A stretch of DNA of 64,000 bases, taken from assembly GCA_018673925.1 (NCBI GenBank), contig JABHBL010000056.1:69256-133255 (forward strand). Reading direction: 5' to 3'. The position numbers were made by a program, and so were the translations under genes. Below are positions 34,912 to 44,733 of the stretch, one piece after another. How positions within the stretch are numbered: position 1 is the stretch's first letter; each line of letters begins with the position of its first letter. The notes beneath the pieces were generated by a model, which made no database searches, was not told the DNA's origin, and saw only the letters and a program-made list of their open reading frames with translations. The DNA comes from Fidelibacterota bacterium (GTDB lineage: Bacteria > Fidelibacterota > UBA8477 > JABMPR01).

Positions 34912-37196
34912 AAGTGATTGGCAAAGATACTCAGCGTGTCGATGGTCAGGCTCTGGTCAAAGGGAATCCAGTTTTTGCAGATGATATCAAGCTCAACAAT
35001 CTACTTCATGTTAAAATTTTGCACAGTCCTGTCGCCCACGCAAAAATTATCAGCATTGATGTATCGAAAGCCCAGACTTTGGAAGGTGTTGAATCCGTTT
35101 TCACGCATAAGGATTTCAATCCTCACTACTACACAACTGCTGGCCAGGGCTATCCTGAACCAGGTCCACGCGATATGCGCATTCTTGACTCAAAGGTGCG
35201 TTTTGTAGGTGATCGTGTAGCTTTTGTGGCCGCAGAGACACTGGAAATTGCTGAACAGGCTCTAAGTCTTATAGAAGTAGAGTATGAAGAGCTACCCTGT
35301 CTGTTTGATATGGAAGAGGCTATGACCTCTGATGTTATAATTCACTCAAATCCTGATAAGACCGGACTCCATGATGCCGCACATAATGTGGCTGCTCATC
35401 TGGATGCTGAAATTGGAGATGTAGATAAAACTTTGGAGTCATCAAAGTTTGTTTTCGAAGGCACTTACAGCACACCCTTTGTTCAAATGGCGTCTATTGA
35501 ACCGCATATTTCTCTTACCTGGCTGGATGAGAACAATCGTCTAGTGATCAGAACCTCCACCCAGGTTCCTTTTCATGTCCGTCGCATTGTTGCAGAAGTA
35601 ATGGGCATTCCAGTCAGTAAAATTCGTGTCATCAAGCCACGTCTTGGTGGCGGATTTGGCGGAAAGCAGGAAATTCTCAATGAAGAGTTGGTAGCTGCGG
35701 TCACATTAAAGACTGGCAGACCTGCCCGTATTGAATACACCAGAGCAGAGGAATTATTTGCAGCTCGATTGAGACACCCCGAACTGGTTTCCTTCCGGCT
35801 AGGATTCGATGAAAATCAAATGTTGACCGCCATAGATCTAAACATTCTTGAAAACTGCGGGGCTTATGGACCCCATGCGCTGACCGTCATGTCCGTGACT
35901 GCTCAAAAGGCATTAAGCATGTATAAGGCGCCCAGCATTAGGGTCAATGGAGATGGTGTATATACAAACCTCCCCATTGGTGGAGCCTACCGTGGATATG
36001 GGGCTCCCCAGGCTTTTTTCCCTTTGGAAAGTCTCATGGATGAAGCTGCTGAAACCATGGGAATCGATCCCATTGAATTACGCCTGAAGAATGTTTTTAA
36101 GGTCGGTGATGATATTCCAATTGCCAAAATCCTGGGTGAGGGTCGTGAAGGCTTTCCCATGGTGCTCTATAGTACAGAGATCGAAGCTTGCCTGGAAGAG
36201 GGCCGCATTCTCAGCGATTGGGAGCGTCTCAGATCCGAACCTGGAAATGGTCGTTATCGACGTGGTATTGGTGTGGCCGTAGCAGGCCAGGGATCTGGAA
36301 TTCCAGGAATTGATATGGGTGCTGCCTTTATCAAGATGAATGAAGATGCCAGTTTTAACCTCCAGGTTGGCGCTACGGATCTGGGGACGGGTTCTGATAC
36401 CGCCTTGGCTCAAATAGCAGCCGAAGTCCTGGGCGTTTCAGTCGATAAAATTATTGTCTATTCCTCTGATACGGATATGACTCCCTTTGATACCGGTGCC
36501 TATGCTTCCAGCACAACATATATCTCAGGATCAGCCGTTAAAAAAGCTGCAGAAAATTGCAAAACGATGATTCTTGAACAGGGCAGGTTGCTGTTAGGGA
36601 ATGAAACCGCGGAAATAGATGGGACCTTTGTAAAAGATGGGAATGGGCAGAGCATTTCATTTGAAGATATTTGTATCAAGAGCTTCTATACCGAAGAGCA
36701 AAAGCAAATCATGGGAACGGCGTCCCATCTGAGCTATGACTCACCACCACCTTTCAATGCTACCTTCGCTGAAGTTGAGGTTGATACGCTCACCGGGACT
36801 GTTCGAGTTATAAAAATTGTGTCGGTGACAGATGCTGGTCAGATTATCAATCCCAAGATGGCCGAGGGTCAGATTGAAGGGGGTATTCCTCAGGCCCTGG
36901 GTATGGCTCTGTCAGAATTTATGCCTTTTGATGATAAGGGTGGTCCAATCAATCTGGACTTCAATAGCTATCACATTTACACTGCCAGGGATATGCCTGA
37001 GCTGATTGTTCGTTTCGCCGATTCTCATGAACCAACAGGTCCCTATGGCGCTAAGGCAGTAGCTGAAATTCCAATAAATGCGCCAGCACCTGCGGTAACG
37101 AATGCTGTCTATAATGCAGTCGGAGTTCGAATAAAACATCTACCAATCAGACCAGAGGAAATTTTGGGGGCTATAAGCAGAAATCGGGCTAATTGA
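34908..37196 (+). CDS. XdhD-like molybdopterin-binding large subunit (second XDH-family enzyme)
   Basis: 762 aa. GGGFGGKQE, YRGYGAPQ, GAKAVAEIPINAPAPAVTNA. Adjacent to YgfM-like and Fe-S subunits, as in the E. coli ygfM-xdhD arrangement. Confidence 0.9.
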   Translation: MKVIGKDTQRVDGQALVKGNPVFADDIKLNNLLHVKILHSPVAHAKIISIDVSKAQTLEGVESVFTHKDFNPHYYTTAGQGYPEPGPRDMRILDSKVRFVGDRVAFVAAETLEIAEQALSLIEVEYEELPCLFDMEEAMTSDVIIHSNPDKTGLHDAAHNVAAHLDAEIGDVDKTLESSKFVFEGTYSTPFVQMASIEPHISLTWLDENNRLVIRTSTQVPFHVRRIVAEVMGIPVSKIRVIKPRLGGGFGGKQEILNEELVAAVTLKTGRPARIEYTRAEELFAARLRHPELVSFRLGFDENQMLTAIDLNILENCGAYGPHALTVMSVTAQKALSMYKAPSIRVNGDGVYTNLPIGGAYRGYGAPQAFFPLESLMDEAAETMGIDPIELRLKNVFKVGDDIPIAKILGEGREGFPMVLYSTEIEACLEEGRILSDWERLRSEPGNGRYRRGIGVAVAGQGSGIPGIDMGAAFIKMNEDASFNLQVGATDLGTGSDTALAQIAAEVLGVSVDKIIVYSSDTDMTPFDTGAYASSTTYISGSAVKKAAENCKTMILEQGRLLLGNETAEIDGTFVKDGNGQSISFEDICIKSFYTEEQKQIMGTASHLSYDSPPPFNATFAEVEVDTLTGTVRVIKIVSVTDAGQIINPKMAEGQIEGGIPQALGMALSEFMPFDDKGGPINLDFNSYHIYTARDMPELIVRFADSHEPTGPYGAKAVAEIPINAPAPAVTNAVYNAVGVRIKHLPIRPEEILGAISRNRAN

Positions 37197-37333
37197 TCTA
37201 TAAGCCGCACTAAACATGTTCAACCCACCCTCTAATGGGGGTTTATTTGACCCTAACAGTTGATTTTTAGCGTATAATCTTTTTCTGTAAACCTGTGACA
37301 GTGTATTAATTACTTGGCGAGGAGATATAAATA

Positions 37334-37903
37334 ATGACTGATAGAATTCGTTGTGGTTGGGTACCACTCAATAAACCAACCTATGTTAAATATCATGATG
37401 AAGAATGGGGTGTTCCTGTTCTTGATGACCAAAAAATGTTTGAGTTCCTCGTATTGGAATCATTTCAGGCTGGTCTCAGTTGGGAGATTGTGCTCAATAA
37501 ACGGGATAATTTTCGAAAAGCTTTTAACAATTTCGATTTTAAAAAGGTGGCACTATTCGGTGAGGACAAGGTTCAGGAGCTGCTCCAGGATAAAGGGATT
37601 GTCAGGAATCAGCTAAAAATCAGAGCGGCTATAAACAATGCCCAACGCTATCTTGAAATTATTGAAGAATTCGGGAGCTTCTGCAAGTATTTCTGGGGGT
37701 TCTCAAATGGGAAACCACTTGTCAATCAGTTCAAGATTCTAGATGAAATTCCTGCCAGCACGGAGCTATCCAATACCATTGCTAAGGATTTAAAGATGCG
37801 TGGATTCAAATTTATGGGGACAACAGTAGTGTATGCACACATGCAAGCGGTGGGTATGGTGAATGATCACCTCGAGGAATGTTTCAGGTATTCACAAGTT
37901 TAA
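37334..37903 (+). CDS. tag: DNA-3-methyladenine glycosylase I
   Basis: YHDEEWGVP...LESFQAGLSW and C-terminal HxxxC zinc-snap context are typical of Tag. Confidence 0.9.
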   Translation: MTDRIRCGWVPLNKPTYVKYHDEEWGVPVLDDQKMFEFLVLESFQAGLSWEIVLNKRDNFRKAFNNFDFKKVALFGEDKVQELLQDKGIVRNQLKIRAAINNAQRYLEIIEEFGSFCKYFWGFSNGKPLVNQFKILDEIPASTELSNTIAKDLKMRGFKFMGTTVVYAHMQAVGMVNDHLEECFRYSQV

Positions 37904-37917
37904 ATTGATCATTCCAG

Positions 37918-37937
37918 GCGAGGATTCGAATCCTCGC
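37918..37937. terminator. Perfect 20-nt palindrome between convergent tag and dinB (possible terminator hairpin)
   Basis: GCGAGGATTCGAATCCTCGC is fully self-complementary. There is no clear U-tract on either strand, so terminator function is uncertain. Confidence 0.45.
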
Positions 37938-37943
37938 TTGGGG

Positions 37944-39035
37944 TTATACATCCAACCCCAATGATAATTGTCCGTGCGGTTCACTGAAGTGTGAACCACC
38001 AACCCCCAACAGTCGAACTGGTTCACCGGGCATCCAATTCTTAACCAGTAATTTCCGGGCAATTCTGTAAATCTCAAGACCTTCATCCAAAGGCTCCATA
38101 ACGGTGTGCTGGCGAGTAAATGTTGTGAAATCAGCATAGCGCAGCTTAAGTGTAATGGTGGCCGCCATAAATTTTTTCTTTTTGAGCTGTTCACCAACTT
38201 TGAAACTCAACTTTTCTACAATTTCTAACAGTTCGGTTTGATCTTCAATATTTTTGGAGAAAGTTCTTTCTGTGCTGATGGACTTGGTTTCGTGATCTTC
38301 ATGGACAGGTCGGTCATCAATACCTTTTGACCAGCGACTCATTGCCTCTCCCAGTTTACCAAATCTCTGCTTGAGGACATCTTCCTTGATGACTGACATG
38401 TCTGAAATCGTGTATATGCCATATTTTGCAAGACGTTCATTGGCTTTGGGGCCGATACCGGGAATTTTCTTCACAGGGAGAGAACCCAAAAAGTCGATTT
38501 CAGTACCTGGTGGAACCACGGTAAGTCCATTGGGTTTTTGAAAATCAGAGGCAATTTTGGCAATCATCTTGTTAGTGGCAACCCCTACTGAAGCAGATAA
38601 ACCGATGTCCCTGGAAATTCTCATCTGAATCTTACGGGCTATGTCAGTAACTTCGATCCATTGGTTGACCTCGTCACTCAAATCCAGATAGGCCTCATCG
38701 ATGCTAACCTGCTGGATAATAGGAGATTCAGCCCTCAGGATACCCATGATTACTTTTGAATACATACGATATAGACCATGCTGGGATGAAATTACAACGA
38801 GATCTTTACACCTACGGCTGGCTTCAATCATTGGCATGGCGGAATGGATACCATATTTCCTGGCTGGATAGGATGCTGCTGCTACGACTCCCCTATTTTC
38901 ACTACGACCCCCGACAACCACAGGCTTTCCTTCAAGAGAAGGATCTCTCAAAACCTCAACAGAACAGAAGAATGCATCGAGATCCAGATGGATGATAGCA
39001 CGTGGTTTATTGGTATAGGGTTGGGGATTAAGCAT
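37944..39035 (-). CDS. dinB: DNA polymerase IV (Y-family)
   Basis: IHLDLDAFFCSVE, SIDEAYLD, and the GIGPK helix-hairpin-helix region. Confidence 0.92.
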   Translation of the reverse strand: MLNPQPYTNKPRAIIHLDLDAFFCSVEVLRDPSLEGKPVVVGGRSENRGVVAAASYPARKYGIHSAMPMIEASRRCKDLVVISSQHGLYRMYSKVIMGILRAESPIIQQVSIDEAYLDLSDEVNQWIEVTDIARKIQMRISRDIGLSASVGVATNKMIAKIASDFQKPNGLTVVPPGTEIDFLGSLPVKKIPGIGPKANERLAKYGIYTISDMSVIKEDVLKQRFGKLGEAMSRWSKGIDDRPVHEDHETKSISTERTFSKNIEDQTELLEIVEKLSFKVGEQLKKKKFMAATITLKLRYADFTTFTRQHTVMEPLDEGLEIYRIARKLLVKNWMPGEPVRLLGVGGSHFSEPHGQLSLGLDV

Positions 39036-39289
39036 CCCTCAATTTAGGATGAACCGGTGCACCTATATATGGGAATATCTATCTGAAGGTGATGGGAAGA
39101 TAAAACGTAGATTCCTCATTTAGCAAAAGGATGGTGAAAATGTCATAATCCTTCAGGACAATCAACAATCCCAAAATATATCACTATATTCCCAAATATT
39201 TGTAGACCAATCCTTGTAATGGGTGAACGCAGGGTTTAATTAGCAGAGCTCGCAATTATTGCGTTTTATGAAAGGAAAGTTTGTAACCC

Positions 39290-41386
39290 TTGTCTACCCC
39301 TTTGAATACAGAACGGATCGGGAAACTTCGCAAACGTCTGAATCACCGTCGGGCCAGATACGTCCTTCTACAGAACGCACTTTTTAAAATAAAATCATTT
39401 GACCAGCTGTTTGTGATCATTGTGGCTATGCTTATTGGTGTTTTTGCTGGTGTGATATCAGCAGGGTTCAGAACACTCATCGACTTTTTTCGTCATTCCC
39501 TATGGGGAGAGGGCGCCCTGATTCATGTTGTCATGGATGCACCGATCTATCTGAAAATTGGTATCCCAGCTGCCGGTGGAGCTTTAGTAGCCTGGTTTGT
39601 ACAGCATTTTGCTCCTGAAGCAAAGGGCCATGGGGTTCCTGAAGTCATGAATGCTGTGGCTACTCAAAATGGATTTATTCGCATGCGTGTTGTTATCATC
39701 AAGGCATTCTCATCAGCTATGTCCATTGCAACTGGCGCTTCTGTGGGTCGTGAGGGTCCTATTGTTCAAATTGGATCGGCTTTTGGTTCCACCATTGGTC
39801 AACTATTTCAAGTCTCTGTTCGCAGAATGAAAACATTTATTGGCTGTGGAGCAGCTGCTGGAATTGCGGCAACTTTTAATGCCCCTATTGCTGGTGCCAT
39901 TTTCGCTTCTGAAGTCATTCTCGGTGATTTTAGTGCAGCAGCTATAGGTCCTATCATCATCGCGTCAGTCTTTGGGACCGTCATCAGTCGAGCGCTTTAT
40001 GGTGATTTTCCAGCCTTTGTACCACCGACCTACACCTTGCACTCGCCTATGGAAATCGCTTTTTACATTGTCCTTGGTATTGTTACAGGTGTAGTTGCCT
40101 GGCTGTTTGTACGCACCCTCTATAAATCTGAAGATCTTTTTGATGCCTGGAAAGCTCCCGTTGCCTTGAAAGGTCTGCTGGGAGGTGCTTTGTTGGGAGG
40201 CGTTGCTGTCTATTTCCCTCAGATTTTGGGTGTGGGTTATGAAACCATGGAATCTGTCCTAAGTGGAAACATCGGTTTTACGATTGCTGCAGGTTTGGTG
40301 TTAGCGAAAATTTTTGCCACAAGTTTATCCATGGGCTTTGGAGCCTCTGGGGGTGTCTTTGCACCTTCCCTGTTTATAGGATCCATGCTGGGTGGAGCCA
40401 TGGGAAGTATTATTCATGGCCTCTTTCCCGAGATCACTGCCAGCAGTGGTGCTTATGCTTTGGTAGGAATGGCAGCCATGGTTGCGGCTACAACACATGC
40501 ACCCGTTATGGCAGTACTTATTATTTTTGAAATGACTACAGAGTATACTGTTATCCTGCCCCTGATGATCACCAGTATCATCGCCATGGTGATTTCCTCC
40601 CGATTGCTGGATGGTTCCAATATATACACCTTGAAACTTTTACGTCGAGGGATTGATATTTTTGCAGGTAAGGATATCAATGTGCTTGATCAAATCAGCG
40701 TGAAGGATTTAAAGCGTAAAATCATCGACACCATCCCAGACAGCCTGACTCTGCAGGAGCTACTCGAAAAAATGTCCACCAGTTCTGCCTTGAATTTTTA
40801 TGTGAAGGATGAGACCGGTATACTCAATGGTATCATCACCCATTCCGCCATGCGCCGATATTTGAATCATCATGAAGAAGTCCCCTCCGATGCAACGGTG
40901 AGAGACATGATGAACCGGAAGTTCGAGGTGATTACTGACCAGACGCCTATCCATGAGGTGCTGAGGAAAATGATTGAAATGGATTTGGAAGCCCTGCCAG
41001 TGGTTGATGAGAATCAGGCACTGCAAGGAGAGGTAGTTCGAACTGCCATAGTCCATCAATATCAAGAATTATTGATTCACGCTGAATCTGCCAAAGCCAT
41101 GGCCAGCTCCATGAAGTTTATTCAGAAGCAGTATCATGAGAAATCAGAAGTGATGCCTGGTTTTGTTCTGGCACGTATCAATGCTCCGTCGGCTTTTGTC
41201 AATCAGTCACTACGTTCGTTGAATGTCCGTCAATCATATGGCGTAGATATTTTGTTAATTCGGCGTACTGAGGGAACCACAGAGACGGATATCATTCCAG
41301 ATGTGAATGACAAGCTTCAATCCTCGGATCAGTTGCTCATTTTTGGTGAGCAGGACAGGGTTGAGTTCTTGTGTGACGCCCACTAG
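39290..41386 (+). CDS. ClC-family voltage-gated chloride channel with C-terminal CBS pair and RCK_C/TrkA_C domain
   Basis: TTG start. Selectivity motifs GREGP and GGVFAPS. CBS-like region at ~aa 470-590. C-terminal TrkA_C-like region (VLARINAPS...LLIFGEQD). Confidence 0.85.
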   Translation: MSTPLNTERIGKLRKRLNHRRARYVLLQNALFKIKSFDQLFVIIVAMLIGVFAGVISAGFRTLIDFFRHSLWGEGALIHVVMDAPIYLKIGIPAAGGALVAWFVQHFAPEAKGHGVPEVMNAVATQNGFIRMRVVIIKAFSSAMSIATGASVGREGPIVQIGSAFGSTIGQLFQVSVRRMKTFIGCGAAAGIAATFNAPIAGAIFASEVILGDFSAAAIGPIIIASVFGTVISRALYGDFPAFVPPTYTLHSPMEIAFYIVLGIVTGVVAWLFVRTLYKSEDLFDAWKAPVALKGLLGGALLGGVAVYFPQILGVGYETMESVLSGNIGFTIAAGLVLAKIFATSLSMGFGASGGVFAPSLFIGSMLGGAMGSIIHGLFPEITASSGAYALVGMAAMVAATTHAPVMAVLIIFEMTTEYTVILPLMITSIIAMVISSRLLDGSNIYTLKLLRRGIDIFAGKDINVLDQISVKDLKRKIIDTIPDSLTLQELLEKMSTSSALNFYVKDETGILNGIITHSAMRRYLNHHEEVPSDATVRDMMNRKFEVITDQTPIHEVLRKMIEMDLEALPVVDENQALQGEVVRTAIVHQYQELLIHAESAKAMASSMKFIQKQYHEKSEVMPGFVLARINAPSAFVNQSLRSLNVRQSYGVDILLIRRTEGTTETDIIPDVNDKLQSSDQLLIFGEQDRVEFLCDAH

Positions 41387-41538
41387 TTAAAAACATACTG
41401 CTCAACACAATCATAGAAAAATAAAGAACAACTCCTCTACCACTTATTCAACATTAGCTGGAAAAAATGTTTTGCAATTGAGACTTATTCGCATATATCT
41501 TGATGCGTGTTAATAACAATTAAACCAAAAGGACTAAA

Positions 41539-42237
41539 ATGAATATAAAATCTCTAATACTGCTAGCTCTCCTGCTGCCGCTCTTCAATCTTCAGGCTGA
41601 TGGAAGACGTTATGTCTGGACCTATGAATACCAAACCCTCCATCGCGGAGAAGCTGAGCTGGAATCTTATACGGAGTTCTCCCATCTTGATACAGATTCA
41701 GGTCGTCAGGCCACAACAACTTTACAATACGAATATGAAATCGGTATGAATGATCGTTTTGATGTGGGGATTTATCAAAAGTTCAAACAAACCCACAATT
41801 CACCAATTGCCTATGATGGATTCAAGCTCAGAATGAGATTCAGGTTAGGTGAAAAGGGTCGCTGGCCACTTGACCCTCTGATCTATCTGGAATACAAGGA
41901 CAATGCAGCTTTTGATCATTCCGCTCTGGAAACCAAACTCATTCTAGCTAGAGATTTTGAAAAGCTCAATATTTCACTCAATCCAGTTCTTGAATTTGAG
42001 TTTGACGACGACGAAACCGAGATTGAATTTGAATATACAGCCGGCTTGAGCTATGTGGCTCACCCACTCCTAAGTCTTGGTATGGAAACCAAGGGAAATG
42101 CTGATCAATTCTACTGGGGTCCCACGCTTTCTCATGGCAAAAAGGATTTATGGTTTGCCCTTGGATTGCTATTTCCCGGTGGTGGAGATACAAGCGCAGA
42201 TCGAATGATGCGCTTTATCATCGGTGTTGGTCTATAG
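41539..42237 (+). CDS. Hypothetical secreted protein, possibly an outer-membrane beta-barrel
   Basis: Signal peptide MNIKSLILLALLLPLFNLQA. Alternating amphipathic strands (YVWTYEYQT, LQYEYEIGM, IEFEYTAGLSY). No family recognised. Confidence 0.5.
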   Translation: MNIKSLILLALLLPLFNLQADGRRYVWTYEYQTLHRGEAELESYTEFSHLDTDSGRQATTTLQYEYEIGMNDRFDVGIYQKFKQTHNSPIAYDGFKLRMRFRLGEKGRWPLDPLIYLEYKDNAAFDHSALETKLILARDFEKLNISLNPVLEFEFDDDETEIEFEYTAGLSYVAHPLLSLGMETKGNADQFYWGPTLSHGKKDLWFALGLLFPGGGDTSADRMMRFIIGVGL

Positions 42238-42271
42238 GCGTACTTCGATAATCCTCAAAGTCTCAGTATTT

Positions 42272-42739
42272 CTATGATTTTTTCCAATAATTTTTTAGAA
42301 GTTCTGAGACCCATTGAGGCTGTTCTGTACTCTCAGGCATAAACTCTTGAAAAACGGGTTTGATATCCAGAACGGGGGAACCATCTACAGCGTCCAAGCC
42401 CTGAACCGTCAGGACTCCAGCGTCAACATTTAAAATCTTTGCTGTAGACAATCCAATCGGATTGGGATGATAAGAGGACCGCTGAGCTAACAAACCCAGT
42501 TTGGGCCAATCCTGATTATTGCGGGGATGCCGAGAAGCAGGTATTTTTTTGTCAGCTGGAATTCGGTGAAAAACAAAAATGATTTCCACGTGGGAAAAAG
42601 TATCAAGCCCTCTTAATAACTCAACGGAGAGGTCATCCCTGAGACGAATTTCTGAGACTACATCACCCCAATTATCGTCTCCCAGATGATCACGATTATT
42701 TGAGACAAATGCGATGGGGGTGAGTTCGATTGCTTCCAT
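42272..42739 (-). CDS. trmO: TsaA/YaeB-family SAM-dependent methyltransferase (TrmO-like)
   Basis: 155 aa. HPNPIGLS and GSPVLDIKP motifs characteristic of the YaeB/TrmO family. Confidence 0.85.
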   Translation of the reverse strand: MEAIELTPIAFVSNNRDHLGDDNWGDVVSEIRLRDDLSVELLRGLDTFSHVEIIFVFHRIPADKKIPASRHPRNNQDWPKLGLLAQRSSYHPNPIGLSTAKILNVDAGVLTVQGLDAVDGSPVLDIKPVFQEFMPESTEQPQWVSELLKNYWKKS

Positions 42740-42748
42740 ATCTCAGTA

Positions 42749-44731
42749 TTATCTCACAAGGAGTAACTTTGTGATAGCTGTCCGTGTTTCCGTCTCAAGA
42801 CGACACAGATAGACACCCGCTTCCACTGGATTACCATCCATATCCCTACCATTCCAGGTGACCTGATATCGACCACCGTCTTGAGAGGAATTCAATAATT
42901 GAATCACTTCTCGGCCCTGGAGATTAAGAATGCTCATCTTGACTGCTGTCTGCTCATCAAGAGTATAGGGTATGGTTGTTGTTGGATTGAACGGATTGGG
43001 GTAATTTTGTTCTAATTCAAACGCCAGAGGTATGGCCATTTCATCCTCTGCTAGCCCTACGACGTAATCAGTTGATTTTAAAATCCAACCATCTGGATCC
43101 ATGACCAGACCTGTTACTATTTCTCCTTCAGGAATATCAAAATTAAAGGTCATGAACTGTTGATCAATTCTTAAAACAGTATCAATCACTGAACCTGTTG
43201 TAGTGATGCGAAAATCAACGGGAAGATCAAAAGACAAACCTGATTGGATGGTCTGCACCAGGAGATCCGTACCCGTTTGGGCACGGTAAGCGCGATAATG
43301 TGGAAAACCCTGACCATAAATCCACTGTTGGAAAAAATTTGTGAAATCGAGACCACTTACTTCTTCACAAACCATTTGAAATTCTTCAGTAGTAGCGGTC
43401 CCATATTTGAATTGTGGGTCATCGGAGTAGGTTTGGAGTATCTCAAAGAAAGTTTCATCACCAACGATATGTCTCAGCATATGCAAGACCCAGGCTGGCT
43501 TATTGTACGATAGATTTGAACCAAATATGGATTCTGTTTCTGGATCCTCTACATAAATAGTACCACCACCATAATACTCAAGTTCAGCCATTTTACTTCG
43601 ATATCCACTGGGACCGTAGTGCTCTTCCCACCACAACGCTTCAGCATAACGTGCAAAACCTTCATTGAGCCAGATGTGATGATAACTAAAGCAAGTGATC
43701 ATGTCTCCATACCACATGTGAGCCAATTCATGAGCCACCCGTCTCTCAGTGGGGTTACCCATGGATGTTAAAGTTTGATGTTCCAGACCCCAATTCTCAC
43801 CCCATTCAGCATGACCGTACTTCTCATCCATAAAGGGATAAGGTCCAAACTTGTCTGCAAACAGAGTGAGCATATCTGGAAGCATTCCATAATTGGTTGT
43901 CATATAAGATGGATTGGGATTATCTGGATGGCTATAAGTGTAGAATTCAATGGGCAGCGTATCGTTATTTGCATCTACATAGATGTCACCCCAGACATAG
44001 AAATCATATATGGAGAGTGATACCAGATAGGTGGCGATGGGGTAGCCAACATGGTAATGCCAGGTTCTGGTACCATCAGCATTATCAATATTGGATATGA
44101 GACGTCCATTTGAGGCGACTGTCATATTATCGGCAATGGTTACCACAATATCCAAGGAATCTGCCTTATCCCTGGGATAGTCTATGCAGGGCCACCATTT
44201 TCTAGCGTCGTAAGGTTGTGATTTGGTCCAGATGGAACGTTGACCTGATTCATAATCCCAGTTAAAACCATAGTTGTCTTGATTGCTCGCCGGACCAGCC
44301 TGCGAAAAAATCTCCAAGGTCATGAGTTGACCCAGACTGGGCGTAGTTTCAAGAGGTATTGACAGCATTTCATTGAGATGTGTAAAAGCGACAGTATCAC
44401 CCTCTAGAATAACCGTATTAACTGATATATTTCCAGTTCCAAGGTTGTTCGTGGAATAGTCAAGTTCAATGGTTTCCACCGTGGTATCCAACACAACAAA
44501 CCTTACCAAAAATTCTTTTACCATTGATGTTGTAGCAATATCCATATCAAAGTTCAAACCATAATAGCGAATATCGATTTTCTCTTGTTCAGAGGTAGGC
44601 TGCATGTCACGAAGAAACTGACTCTCATGGGCGTGGCCACAGGGTTTCTCTTCATCAATAAATGCATTTCCGCCTATGGAAATGATCATTCCTAGTAGGA
44701 ATAATAACTGTCTGGTCCAAATCTGCTTCAT
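42749..44731 (-). CDS. M1-family zinc aminopeptidase with T9SS-type C-terminal sorting domain
   Basis: HELAHMWYGD...WLNEGFA (HExxH-x18-E). Signal peptide. Last ~92 aa (42752-43027) carry NYPNPFNP...GVYLCRL...KLLLVR, typical of T9SS/FlgD-Ig-like CTDs. Confidence 0.85.
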   Translation of the reverse strand: MKQIWTRQLLFLLGMIISIGGNAFIDEEKPCGHAHESQFLRDMQPTSEQEKIDIRYYGLNFDMDIATTSMVKEFLVRFVVLDTTVETIELDYSTNNLGTGNISVNTVILEGDTVAFTHLNEMLSIPLETTPSLGQLMTLEIFSQAGPASNQDNYGFNWDYESGQRSIWTKSQPYDARKWWPCIDYPRDKADSLDIVVTIADNMTVASNGRLISNIDNADGTRTWHYHVGYPIATYLVSLSIYDFYVWGDIYVDANNDTLPIEFYTYSHPDNPNPSYMTTNYGMLPDMLTLFADKFGPYPFMDEKYGHAEWGENWGLEHQTLTSMGNPTERRVAHELAHMWYGDMITCFSYHHIWLNEGFARYAEALWWEEHYGPSGYRSKMAELEYYGGGTIYVEDPETESIFGSNLSYNKPAWVLHMLRHIVGDETFFEILQTYSDDPQFKYGTATTEEFQMVCEEVSGLDFTNFFQQWIYGQGFPHYRAYRAQTGTDLLVQTIQSGLSFDLPVDFRITTTGSVIDTVLRIDQQFMTFNFDIPEGEIVTGLVMDPDGWILKSTDYVVGLAEDEMAIPLAFELEQNYPNPFNPTTTIPYTLDEQTAVKMSILNLQGREVIQLLNSSQDGGRYQVTWNGRDMDGNPVEAGVYLCRLETETRTAITKLLLVR

Positions 44732-44733
44732 GT

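Noticed and set aside
37224-37278. Possible terminator after the second XDH operon (CCCACCC-tctaat-GGGGG-TTTATTT) and a perfect TATAAT (37273-37278) upstream of tag.
   Set aside because: The stem is short and imperfect. The only TTGACC-like -35 is 20 nt from the TATAAT. Both are plausible but too weak to list as features.
39036-39289. 254-nt leader upstream of the ClC channel, checked for a fluoride (crcB-motif) riboswitch.
   Set aside because: I could not find the conserved GGnGAUG...CUGAUG core elements. The channel also carries CBS and RCK_C domains, unlike typical riboswitch-controlled ClC-F proteins.
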